Shown: one piece after another, positions 48,411 through 57,783 of the stretch
Position numbering within the stretch: the first letter of the stretch is position 1
Layout of the letters: the number at the start of each line of letters is the position of its first letter
NCBI GenBank assembly: GCA_964617955.1
Contig: CAZTXB010000015.1
Span: 290 to 64,289, forward strand
Length of the DNA: 64,000 nt
Direction of reading: 5' to 3'
Origin: an uncultured Chitinophaga sp.
Lineage (GTDB): Bacteria; Bacteroidota; Bacteroidia; NS11-12g; UBA9320
Notes under the pieces: model-generated
What the model was told of the DNA's origin: nothing
What the model saw: only the letters and a program-made list of their open reading frames with translations
Database searches by the model: none
Program-made: the position numbers and the translations under genes

Positions 48411-49544
48411 ATGAACATAGGAATTGTTTGTTACCCCACCTTTGGGGGCAGTGGTGTTGTTGCAACGGAACTGGGCAAGATTTTGGCTTCAGAGGGTCAT
48501 AGAGTTCACTTTATTTCTTATGATCAGCCGGCCCGCCTCGATTACTTCAACCAAAATTTATTTTATCACGAAGTTACGGTTTCAACCTATCCCTTATTTC
48601 AATATCCTCCTTATGAGTTGGCCCTTACCGGTAAAATTGTAGAGGTAGTTCAAAGCGCAAAGCTCGATGTGCTGCATGTACACTATGCCATTCCTCATGC
48701 GGCAGCAGCCATCATGGCAAAAAAAATATTAAAGGACATTAAAGGAATTCATATCCCAATTATTACCACCTTACATGGTACGGATATTACCCTGGTTGGT
48801 AAAGATCCCAATTACGAGGATGTGGTTTCCTATTCGCTCAATCAAAGCGATGCAGTTACAGCAGTTTCTGAAAGTCTGAAGGAGGATACCTATAAGTTTT
48901 TTATGGTAAACAAACCGATTCAGGTTATACCTAATTTTATTGATCTGGACAAGTACAAGCGAAACGAAAACGAACAGTTTAGAAAGGCTTTTGCCGCTCC
49001 CGAAGAATTTGTGCTCATGCACACCTCCAATTTTAGAAAAGTCAAGCGTATTGATAATGTCATCACCATTTTCAATAATGTTTTGAAAGTTAAGCCTTCG
49101 AAACTCATTCTGGCTGGCGATGGTCCTGAAAGAACTGCAATTGAAAAAATGTGTGCAGATCTTGGTATTTCGAAGCATGTTTTCTTCCTGGGCAAGCACG
49201 ATTTTATTGAAAAGCTACTTTCTATAGCCGATGTGTTTCTTATGCCCTCAGAGACAGAGAGTTTCGGTTTGGCTGCCTTAGAAGCTATGGCTTGCGGAGT
49301 TCCGGTTATTTGCAGCAACACCGGTGGTATGCCTGAATTAAACCAACATGGCTTCTCCGGTTTTATTGCCAATGTAGGGGATACCGAAACCATGACCGAC
49401 TATACCCTTGAAATTTTAAAAACCAAGGAAAGTTTGGATATGTTTCGCAAAAATGCACGCGAACATGCAAGTAAATTCAGTACCTTGAACGTTGTGCCAC
49501 AATATGAAAATCTATATGCATCCTTAGTCGATGGTGGCTTATGA
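48411..49544 (+). CDS. bshA: N-acetyl-alpha-D-glucosaminyl L-malate synthase
   Basis: CYPTFGGSGVVATELG, HVHYAIPHA, TTLHGTD and ESFGLAALEA motifs. Confidence 0.95.
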   Translation: MNIGIVCYPTFGGSGVVATELGKILASEGHRVHFISYDQPARLDYFNQNLFYHEVTVSTYPLFQYPPYELALTGKIVEVVQSAKLDVLHVHYAIPHAAAAIMAKKILKDIKGIHIPIITTLHGTDITLVGKDPNYEDVVSYSLNQSDAVTAVSESLKEDTYKFFMVNKPIQVIPNFIDLDKYKRNENEQFRKAFAAPEEFVLMHTSNFRKVKRIDNVITIFNNVLKVKPSKLILAGDGPERTAIEKMCADLGISKHVFFLGKHDFIEKLLSIADVFLMPSETESFGLAALEAMACGVPVICSNTGGMPELNQHGFSGFIANVGDTETMTDYTLEILKTKESLDMFRKNAREHASKFSTLNVVPQYENLYASLVDGGL

Positions 49545-49806
49545 ATTTTTAATTTCAGGAAAGGTTCAAGGGGTATTTTACCGGGCTTCCTGTCTTAAAA
49601 AAGCAGAAGCATTGGGCTTGAAAGGCGAGGTAAAAAACACAGCCGATGGTTCGGTATATGTGCACTGCGAAGGCGACGAAAAAGTAATTCCGGAATTTGC
49701 CGAATGGTGCAAAAGAGGCCCCATGAGCGCCGTAGTTAAAAACTTTAACATGCAGGAGGTTGAGCCCAAAGGTTACACACATTTTAAAATAACCTACCGG
49801 GATTAA
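49531..49806 (+). CDS. acyP: Acylphosphatase
   Basis: GKVQGVFYR and G.VKN..DGSV motifs. Confidence 0.93.
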   Translation: MVAYEFLISGKVQGVFYRASCLKKAEALGLKGEVKNTADGSVYVHCEGDEKVIPEFAEWCKRGPMSAVVKNFNMQEVEPKGYTHFKITYRD

Positions 49807-50555
49807 AACCCTGGAATGAGCATACCGCTTCCTTTTTTTACTACCAGCTCCTTAACTTTTGTGGGTTCTTGCCTGTAGTAAACATTTCCTTTATAAAAAA
49901 TTTTAGCAAACAGTTGGTTTCTGGCATTCACGCGGCAATCCAATGGGGTATGGGTATCGATGTAAACATCGTCACAAAGAAGCTTCTCAGCATTGAAAGA
50001 CGTGGCTTCTTCAACGCTACATGATAGTATGTAGGATCTCCCCTCGAGAGTCACATTGCCCGAATTGATGGTTCTTACGGTGAGAAAACCTTGAAGAAGT
50101 TTCAAATGGATATCGCCCAGCCCGTAATTTTTCAACTCCAAAAAATCCGTTTTTAAAAAATTGAGCGTATCGTCACTTCTTAAATTGGAAGCAGCGTAAA
50201 TTTCGATGTCATCTAAGAACCTGACCCTGATTTCAATGGAAATTTTTCGGTTATAACTTCTCACAAAGTTGCAGGTATTTTTATTTTCAATGCTCAGGGT
50301 ATTGTTTTTAACCTTGGTAATTATTTGACCTACAATATTACTTCCACCGGTAATTTTTACTTGCTCGTCCAAGGCTGTATCCTGCACCAAAAGAATATCG
50401 AAATTTTCTCCAATTTTTATTTTAGAAAAATGCCCTACTGCTCTTACGGAGGTGATGTCGCGCCCGGTTTTTTGAAAGCAGTCGTTCAACTGATCTTTTC
50501 GACAAGCCGAAAGCATCAAGGAGAACACAAAAAAACAGGCTACCTTAGTTCTCAT
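49803..50555 (-). CDS. GIN/DUF2807-type lipoprotein
   Basis: Lipobox LSAC after ATG 50555; beta-helix-like repeats. Confidence 0.75.
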   Translation of the reverse strand: MRTKVACFFVFSLMLSACRKDQLNDCFQKTGRDITSVRAVGHFSKIKIGENFDILLVQDTALDEQVKITGGSNIVGQIITKVKNNTLSIENKNTCNFVRSYNRKISIEIRVRFLDDIEIYAASNLRSDDTLNFLKTDFLELKNYGLGDIHLKLLQGFLTVRTINSGNVTLEGRSYILSCSVEEATSFNAEKLLCDDVYIDTHTPLDCRVNARNQLFAKIFYKGNVYYRQEPTKVKELVVKKGSGMLIPGF

Positions 50556-51660
50556 GTTTATTTTTTTTAGACCCAAATTTATAGCCCAATCCCCATTCAA
50601 AATAATCCGCAGTTCCAAAATGCACTTTAAGGGTGCCATTGAGAAAAAGCTGTTCGCTGAGTTCATACCTAAAGCCGATTCTTTGATAAGAAAAATACTT
50701 TATTTGATAAGGGTTTAAGAGATAAAAGCCAATATCGGTGAGCATGGCAAAGCGACCTATATCGTATCTATGGCCGATAACCAGTCCCAGTTCTGTACTG
50801 TTGTCGATGGCTACCCTTGGATTATCTTCATTCAGAAAATGGCTGTAAGGATGAGTAGGGTCCCAAACCAGGTCAGCACCCCAATACCACCTTCTTACGG
50901 CTGAAATCACTTTGTTTCGCCTGTAGCCTGCGCTAATAATTGAGAATTGCTTAGGCTTGGCGGTAAATTTTTCCTTGAAAGCATAGTTTAGCAAGAGTTC
51001 ATTTTTCGAGGCCGTCGTTTTGTAAGATTTTACAGTATCTGCCAGTTTTGCCACCGGTTTTCCATAGCCAACATCCATACCCACAAAAAGGGAGGGCATG
51101 TTCACTCCTAAATTAGGTACCCTCATTGCGCCATTCGAGTAGTGGGTAAATCCCAGGCCGGTTTTCAAATTTATTTTATGATTTATGGCCGTATTATAGA
51201 TGAGGCTCATCTGAATACAACCATTCACATTGCTGCCAATAGCCATATTATTTCGGTTCTTGTTGATATCGAACTTTTCGGTGAGATAACCCAATCCTGT
51301 TCCAAGGCGCCATGACAGATAATTTTTTCCGGTACCTGCAATTCTGAACTGAAAACTGGCACCTAAACCAAACGATTTTCCCGTAATGTGAGGTTTGCCT
51401 AAGTCGAAATAGGTAAAATTATATCCCACTTGTGCATTTTTATAAAATCGATTCCAATATTTGTCTGCGTTGTTTATTCTCGCCACCGAAATTTCAAATC
51501 CTTTAACGTGGGCTTCCAAATTTTTTGCGTCATCGGTATGGGCATACAAAAATCCCGGAAGGTACATTCCTCCAGCAGCCCACTGATTTTGAGCGAAGAG
51601 AGGTCCTATGACCGCAGTACAAATAATCCAGGCAATTGCGAAGCGCATCGGCGATTGCAA
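50545..51660 (-). CDS. Outer-membrane beta-barrel (acyloxyacyl hydrolase/PagL-like)
   Basis: Signal peptide; GFTHYSNG...PNLGVN motif; YQRIG..Y C-terminal strands. Confidence 0.72.
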   Translation of the reverse strand: MQSPMRFAIAWIICTAVIGPLFAQNQWAAGGMYLPGFLYAHTDDAKNLEAHVKGFEISVARINNADKYWNRFYKNAQVGYNFTYFDLGKPHITGKSFGLGASFQFRIAGTGKNYLSWRLGTGLGYLTEKFDINKNRNNMAIGSNVNGCIQMSLIYNTAINHKINLKTGLGFTHYSNGAMRVPNLGVNMPSLFVGMDVGYGKPVAKLADTVKSYKTTASKNELLLNYAFKEKFTAKPKQFSIISAGYRRNKVISAVRRWYWGADLVWDPTHPYSHFLNEDNPRVAIDNSTELGLVIGHRYDIGRFAMLTDIGFYLLNPYQIKYFSYQRIGFRYELSEQLFLNGTLKVHFGTADYFEWGLGYKFGSKKNKHEN

Positions 51661-51891
51661 AAAAAGTAAAAAACCTTGAACTTATTGGAGTGTGGAAGTA
51701 AATTTAACAGGAATAAGTCATTGCCGTGGCTTAGTAAAAATTTTAAATACTAATACAATGGTTTGATTTTTATAAAGAGATTGTTATTAAGAATACCCTT
51801 CTGCATCAACAGAGCACATATTTTTAAAAATTTCATTTAAAAAGTTTCCAGAACGAGTTTATCCCCTTAAATTCGAGGCCTTGAATTACAG

Positions 51892-52554
51892 ATGAAGTTA
51901 TTCGTATATGCCTTATTATCTCTCTGTTTAACTTCTTGTTTTGAGATTGTTGAAGACATTTCTATCAACAAAAATGGCAGTGGAAATTTTAAAATAATTC
52001 TCAATTTAAGTCAAAGCAAAAGCGAGCTTAACACCCTGATGAAATTGGATTCCTCGGCCGGATATAATATACCAACCTACACCGAACTCAACCAGTATTT
52101 GGATAAAACAGCCGAAAAGCTGAAAATGACCAAGGGGTTAAGCAACGTGGTGCTTCATCGAAACTTTAAAAATTGGGTTTTCGACGTATCGGCCACTTTC
52201 AGCTCATTGGAGAGCATGCACGACGGTTTCACCAATGTGCAATCTGAATTTTCGGGTGCGGAAACGATTTTGTTTAAAAGTTTTTGGCAATTCAATGGAA
52301 AAAATTTCACCCGTGAAACTCAAAATCCGGAGGAGAAATTGAAAAAAAATTTAAACCGCCCGACCGAGAGAAATATTTTATCAAAAGCGAAATATACCTG
52401 TATTTACAGGTTTGATAGAAGCATTGCCTCGAGCAGTAACCGACGTGCTAAAATTTCGCCAAGTAAAAAAGCCATCATGCTTCAAAGTAACATACTCAAT
52501 TTAATCAACGGAACGGAAACCCTTAAAAACCAAATCAAATTAAATGAAATTTAG
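51892..52554 (+). CDS. Hypothetical lipoprotein
   Basis: LTSC lipobox; CFEIVED...NGSG motif. Confidence 0.7.
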   Translation: MKLFVYALLSLCLTSCFEIVEDISINKNGSGNFKIILNLSQSKSELNTLMKLDSSAGYNIPTYTELNQYLDKTAEKLKMTKGLSNVVLHRNFKNWVFDVSATFSSLESMHDGFTNVQSEFSGAETILFKSFWQFNGKNFTRETQNPEEKLKKNLNRPTERNILSKAKYTCIYRFDRSIASSSNRRAKISPSKKAIMLQSNILNLINGTETLKNQIKLNEI

Positions 52555-54616
52555 AACATGCATAATTTTCAGTTTTTTAGCTGTTTATGCTCAGGCACAA
52601 TCAGAGTTAGTAAGCCGAATACCGGCCCAGGTAGGATTTGTATTGAGTTTTAATTTAAACTCCCTTTCAGGTAAAATTAATTTTAATGATCTTGGCGAAT
52701 ACGCCTTTTTGAAAAAAACCGACGATAATTCTCCCCTAAAGTCGGCTACCGTTTTAAAGGAATTGTTTCGTTTACCTGAAAAAGGCGGAATTGATCGCAA
52801 GGGGAAAATGTTTCTTTTTTCGGAGAATCACGACAGTATCCATAATTTTTCTTATCTCATTCCGCTGAGCGATGCAAATGCTTTTGAATCGAGGATAGAA
52901 GAAATATTAAAAAATAAAAAAACGGCACAAAAATTTAAAAAAGACGGGAAGAGAAAGCTTCTAATGTATGAGCATACCCTGAGCATTAGTTTGCTCAAGA
53001 ATTATGCCTTGATATCTATTTGGGATTTGCCTTACTACTCCCAAAATGATTATGTTGAATACGATGCGGAAAGGTTGAAAGTGATAGGCACCCTCGACAG
53101 TATTCGGTATGCCCGAGAATCGGAATATTCAGACAGTGTATCGGCAGTTGAAGAGGTTGTTGAAGCCCCGGACTCTGCATCCGAAACTGAAGAGGAGGAA
53201 TCAGATACAGCCGTTGTAAGTGAAGAGGAGGAATTGGCCGTGGAGGCAGAAGATGAAGTTGCAGCCCCTGAGGTGGAATATTACGAAGGTGAAGAGACAG
53301 ACTATAGCAATGACTCACTCATGGTGCAATTCGAAAGGCGTTGGGCACTGAAAAGAAAGTTGGAAGAAGAAAAATTTTATGTGATTCACGATCAAAAAAT
53401 GAGCAAAAGACAGAAACAGATCAGTGAACTGAAGGCGTCGGAGAGTATTATAAACAGCAAGCAGTTTAATGAGGTCATTTCAAAATCCGACGATATCATT
53501 TATTGGTTTCAATATGAAAGTTATTCGAAGCAACTCATTGATATGATGAGCGACAAACACCGCTATTTATATCAATATGACACGGCATTGCTCCGACGTA
53601 AATTGGAAAATAAACCTGCGAATACCTTAGCCGAACTCATCGACAACAACTCCTTGTATGGATTGGGAAATTTTAACAAAGGCGAAGTAAAAATGAATTT
53701 TTACAGCACGTTCAATAGCAAACTTAAACCCTATATCGAAAAGATATACTCTACCAATATCAATCCTGAATTTTTCAATTACGTAAAAAAGGAAAATTTG
53801 ATGGCCTTGGCCGGAGCCAGCGCCAATACTGAGGCAGCGGCCGAAATGTATTATGATATTTTTAGAAGGGCCTATGAGAGTTCTGCCATACCAAGAAAAG
53901 AACTCATCGCCATGTTGGAACTCAGCGATTTATTTTTAGATAAAAAAACATTGCATCATACGCTTAAAGGCGACATGGCTATCGCATTCACAGGAATTAA
54001 ATCGTACTTAAAAACCAGTTCTGAGTACCTTTACGATTCCATAACCTTTAATTACAAGACGGTTGAGAAAACCAAAACTAAATATTTTCCTGAAATTCTT
54101 GCCATGGCCACCATCGAAAATGAAAGCAATGTGAGAAGAATATTAAAACTGATTCAAAACATGGATGGATTAAAAAAAGTATCTGACAATAAATATGTTT
54201 TTAATTCGAGATACATGGATACTGCTAATCCATTTTATGCCATCATAAAGGGGAATCTCCTTTTTATTACCAATGATCAATTGATGGCTAACGGCCAGAT
54301 TGAAAATGGGCTAAGCCCTGATTTAAGTGTAGGGGCTAATTATAAAGAGTACTTAAATTACACTTCCTTCGGATTTTGGGAAGCTTCAAAAATGTTTAAA
54401 CTCATGCAAGGCAATGAAGAGGCTTATGGCAAGGCGGATGAGTTGGAAAAATGGAGAGATAAAATTAACCGTGGTTTCTTCGTGTGCAAACCCATGCAAA
54501 ACAATACCTCAAGTATAGAGGTATCGCTCGAAATGAAAAACAGGGAAAATAGCAGTTTGTTGGAATTGCTTAAGTTGTTTAACGATATCGCGTTTTTTAA
54601 CAATGGAAAGTTATAA
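52544..54616 (+). CDS. Secreted hypothetical protein (DUF4836-like) with acidic insertion
   Basis: Signal peptide; long E/D/A-rich tract around residues 190-255. Confidence 0.6.
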   Translation: MKFRTCIIFSFLAVYAQAQSELVSRIPAQVGFVLSFNLNSLSGKINFNDLGEYAFLKKTDDNSPLKSATVLKELFRLPEKGGIDRKGKMFLFSENHDSIHNFSYLIPLSDANAFESRIEEILKNKKTAQKFKKDGKRKLLMYEHTLSISLLKNYALISIWDLPYYSQNDYVEYDAERLKVIGTLDSIRYARESEYSDSVSAVEEVVEAPDSASETEEEESDTAVVSEEEELAVEAEDEVAAPEVEYYEGEETDYSNDSLMVQFERRWALKRKLEEEKFYVIHDQKMSKRQKQISELKASESIINSKQFNEVISKSDDIIYWFQYESYSKQLIDMMSDKHRYLYQYDTALLRRKLENKPANTLAELIDNNSLYGLGNFNKGEVKMNFYSTFNSKLKPYIEKIYSTNINPEFFNYVKKENLMALAGASANTEAAAEMYYDIFRRAYESSAIPRKELIAMLELSDLFLDKKTLHHTLKGDMAIAFTGIKSYLKTSSEYLYDSITFNYKTVEKTKTKYFPEILAMATIENESNVRRILKLIQNMDGLKKVSDNKYVFNSRYMDTANPFYAIIKGNLLFITNDQLMANGQIENGLSPDLSVGANYKEYLNYTSFGFWEASKMFKLMQGNEEAYGKADELEKWRDKINRGFFVCKPMQNNTSSIEVSLEMKNRENSSLLELLKLFNDIAFFNNGKL

Positions 54617-54648
54617 GTCTGATTGGTAGTCAAGCTTAAATGTGAATT

Positions 54649-55914
54649 ATGAAGAGATATTTAAAATATGGCGTGGTTTTGGTCAGCATTATGATGCTGG
54701 GAGCTGCCGTATTTTATTTTATTTATCGTCAGAAAGATTCTCTGGTTAAGCAGGTGCCGGCAGATGTGCTCTTTTGTTTTACGATGGATAAGAGGCAACT
54801 TTACAAGGACGGTTTTTCAAAAGAAGAACTCTACAAAGACTCTTTTTTTCAAAATTTAAAACATAAAATACCTGCAAAAAGTTTAGAGATTTTCAATCAG
54901 CTTGGCATGAACTTAATGGGCGATATGGTGTTTTTTGGTACAGGTTCGGGCGATATTAATCTGGCCTGGTTTGCTTCCAATAAGGATAATTTGGTAAGGT
55001 TAACTAAAAGGTATAAGGCCATAGAAACCACCTATTCAACTCATACCCAGCTTAAGTTTGGAGAAAAAATATACCTCAACTATAAATGGCCGGTTGTGGT
55101 ACTAAGCAGTAAACAAAGCGGGAAGGATTTCGATTTTTTTAACCCGAAAGTTAAGAAATTGTTGGAGAAAGATCTTAAAGATCCTGCCTTGACCAAATGT
55201 TCATTGTACGGTTTTTATACTGCCAACCGAAACATTATTCTTACTTATTCTTTTCTTCCTATCGATGGAAGAGCCTTCATAGGCTTGTCAAAAACTAAAA
55301 AGGGCATGGAGTTAAAACTGGTGCAACGCAAGGTAAAGCTCGAAGGTAAATTGGGTTTGCCAAAAACCAAACCCAAAGTGGCCGGTCTTGTCAGTTGGCC
55401 AATAACTCCCTTGTCGGAATTGAGCATGGAACCCATTCCTACTGTCGTTACCGGTCGCATAGATTCTTTGCTGAGAAAGCCGGTTAAGCATTTTTACGGT
55501 GAGGTTCTGGACACCATATCGACTTATCAGGAAATTGTTAAATATTTGCTGGATGCCGAGTTCAGACTAACCCAAAAAATTATTTACCATTTCAAATCCT
55601 ATCCCGGTCTAAGGCTACAGTTTTTGAAGAAAACCAAGGATGAAAGCGACAAATCCTTCGCCACAAACCTTGGACTTGACATTTTAAAATTACAATTTTC
55701 CGAAACGGGGGAATCTTATATCATTTCTTCTGAAAACACGCTTCCCCTTCCTTCGTATGGCGGATGGCCGGACTATTACGTCTATTCAAATATTGAAATG
55801 TTGCGGGCCGATCCTTTTTGGGAGCCTTATATTAAAACCAATTTTAGCCAATTGGAATTGTATGCTCAAAATCTTGACAAGGGGTCGATGTTTACCTTAG
55901 CCTTAACAAAATAA
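54649..55914 (+). CDS. Hypothetical membrane-anchored protein
   Basis: 421-aa ORF with an N-terminal transmembrane helix; co-oriented with upstream genes. Confidence 0.65.
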   Translation: MKRYLKYGVVLVSIMMLGAAVFYFIYRQKDSLVKQVPADVLFCFTMDKRQLYKDGFSKEELYKDSFFQNLKHKIPAKSLEIFNQLGMNLMGDMVFFGTGSGDINLAWFASNKDNLVRLTKRYKAIETTYSTHTQLKFGEKIYLNYKWPVVVLSSKQSGKDFDFFNPKVKKLLEKDLKDPALTKCSLYGFYTANRNIILTYSFLPIDGRAFIGLSKTKKGMELKLVQRKVKLEGKLGLPKTKPKVAGLVSWPITPLSELSMEPIPTVVTGRIDSLLRKPVKHFYGEVLDTISTYQEIVKYLLDAEFRLTQKIIYHFKSYPGLRLQFLKKTKDESDKSFATNLGLDILKLQFSETGESYIISSENTLPLPSYGGWPDYYVYSNIEMLRADPFWEPYIKTNFSQLELYAQNLDKGSMFTLALTK

Positions 55915-55918
55915 AGAC

Positions 55919-57508
55919 TTAAAACTTGCTCAATTTATCTGCCATTTTCACGGCTTTGTAAGCGTTGATTACCCCACCTGAAACCGAAATTTTTCTAAGT
56001 TTTGTGATTTTTTTGTCACCGGGTATATAAACCTTTCCTTTTACTTTAGTGGTTGACTTCATTAAAATCGTCCGAACCTGTGATGCGGTTAAATCGGGAA
56101 AGTAGGAGCGGATTAGGGCGGCAACACCTGCCGTACAGGGAGAAGCCATGCTCGTTCCGTCAAAAGAGGCATATTTTGAACCGGGTATCGTAGAATAAAT
56201 ACTCACCCCTGGAGCAAATACGTCTACATTCTTTTTGCCATAATTTGAAAATACAGCCAAACGTTCTTTGTGGGTTTTCCAGGATGAAGCCCCAACTTCT
56301 ACCCAATTGCTTGCCCTGCTTTGGTCGGCGGCAATATTCGGATTGGGGTAATTGATGTTCACATCGATATCTTTTGAATCATTTCCGGCACCATGAACCA
56401 AAAGGACGTCTTTTGACTCTGCATATTTCACGGCATCGTCTACAATGGTTTTGTTCCACGGAAAGGCCTTGCCAAAACTCATGTTTATAACCTTTGCTCC
56501 GTTATCTACGGCATATCTGATGGCATTGGCCACATCCTTATCCCTCTCGTCTCCATCCGGAACACATCTCACCGACATTATTCTTGCGTTGTTTGCCACC
56601 CCTTTCATACCCAAACTGTTGTCTCTTTGGGCAGCAATAATACCAGCCACATGGGTTCCGTGGGAAGCATCGGGTCCTGTTACGTCGTTGTTTCCGTAAT
56701 TCTTTTCGGTTTGATTGTCGTAATCGTCTCCAATGATTGTTCTGGAGTCGAAGTCAACATTGTAAGCATAATTAGCCTGGTTGTCGTAATGCTCGTATGT
56801 CTTCTTCAAACTTTCTTTAATCATGGCATAAGTTCCCCCTTGCTCTATATGGTCTACCATTTTCTTAATCATTTCGGCTTCCTTAGAGGAACCTGGCTTG
56901 TAATTTTTTAAATCTTCCAGGGTGATATTCTCTCCTTTACCAATATTTTTTTCGAGTTCTTCATAGCGTTTAACCACCTTTGAAAGAAGTTCAAACATGG
57001 TTTTGGCCTGAATGCTTTTTTGCAAAAAATCGACCTTAATTTTTAGGTATTCCTCATAGCCTTTCTTTTCTTCAGGCGTCATGGAAGCCTCAGGTATGGC
57101 ATCATACTTATCTCTTAATTTTTTATAGACTCTGGTCAATTCATAGGAATCGATACTCACGTTTTTTCCGTCTTTGCCTCCTATGAAGTTCCAGCCGTAG
57201 ATGTCGTCGATATAGCCATTATTGTCATCATCAACCCCATTGTTGGCTACTTCCTTAGTATTGACCCACATTACCGCTTTCAAATCCTCATGATCTTCAT
57301 CCACGCCGCTGTCCAGTACGCCTACTATAACTACCTGCGAGGTTTTACCAGCCAGATACTGATGCGCCTTTTCGGTACTCATCCCAAATATTTTATCTTT
57401 TTTTCGGTCTAAATTAAACCAGTTTTCAGGTGCAGCCTTTTGAGCATAGCTCAATACACTCAAAGTTACCAGAAGCAGTAACCCTATTAATTTTTTAGTG
57501 AACATCAT
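55919..57508 (-). CDS. S8 subtilisin-family serine peptidase
   Basis: Catalytic D (VLDSG), H (HGTHVAG) and S (GTSMA). Confidence 0.95.
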   Translation of the reverse strand: MMFTKKLIGLLLLVTLSVLSYAQKAAPENWFNLDRKKDKIFGMSTEKAHQYLAGKTSQVVIVGVLDSGVDEDHEDLKAVMWVNTKEVANNGVDDDNNGYIDDIYGWNFIGGKDGKNVSIDSYELTRVYKKLRDKYDAIPEASMTPEEKKGYEEYLKIKVDFLQKSIQAKTMFELLSKVVKRYEELEKNIGKGENITLEDLKNYKPGSSKEAEMIKKMVDHIEQGGTYAMIKESLKKTYEHYDNQANYAYNVDFDSRTIIGDDYDNQTEKNYGNNDVTGPDASHGTHVAGIIAAQRDNSLGMKGVANNARIMSVRCVPDGDERDKDVANAIRYAVDNGAKVINMSFGKAFPWNKTIVDDAVKYAESKDVLLVHGAGNDSKDIDVNINYPNPNIAADQSRASNWVEVGASSWKTHKERLAVFSNYGKKNVDVFAPGVSIYSTIPGSKYASFDGTSMASPCTAGVAALIRSYFPDLTASQVRTILMKSTTKVKGKVYIPGDKKITKLRKISVSGGVINAYKAVKMADKLSKF

Positions 57509-57613
57509 TTTTTATTAAAGTTTTCAAAAATCTAATTTATTTAGTTGTTGCTTAGATATATTTAGACAAAGCAGGCATATTTGACTATCAAATCCGACTC
57601 ATTAAAGTTCGGA

Positions 57614-57684
57614 ATGTGCTGTTTGCCGAGATAATAGCTAAGTGTTCAGGTTGCCCTCACCTCAATTTTATCCGGACAGCATAT
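57614..57684. ncRNA. Candidate structured RNA (long hairpin), family unassigned
   Basis: ATGTGCTGTT pairs with GACAGCATAT, then CCG-A-GATAA with TTATC-CGG, with a terminal AGG-TTGC-CCT loop; intergenic. Confidence 0.35.
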
Positions 57685-57783
57685 CCACATTGTGAAATAA
57701 CGACGAACCAAGTATTTTATGATGGCGCCACTTTTCTTCTATTTTACTAAAGTGCGCTTAAGTCTTGTGAAGGTTTGGCAGCC

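Noticed and set aside
53100-53310. Acidic GAA/GAG-rich tract as a mobile or regulatory repeat
   Set aside because: It is in frame within the CDS and explained as a low-complexity linker.
57560-57735. SAM or cobalamin riboswitch, RNase P, SRP or tmRNA
   Set aside because: Partial look-alikes (GAGGTGAGGG, CGGCAA) are in the wrong order or lack the conserved cores; no diagnostic motif was found.
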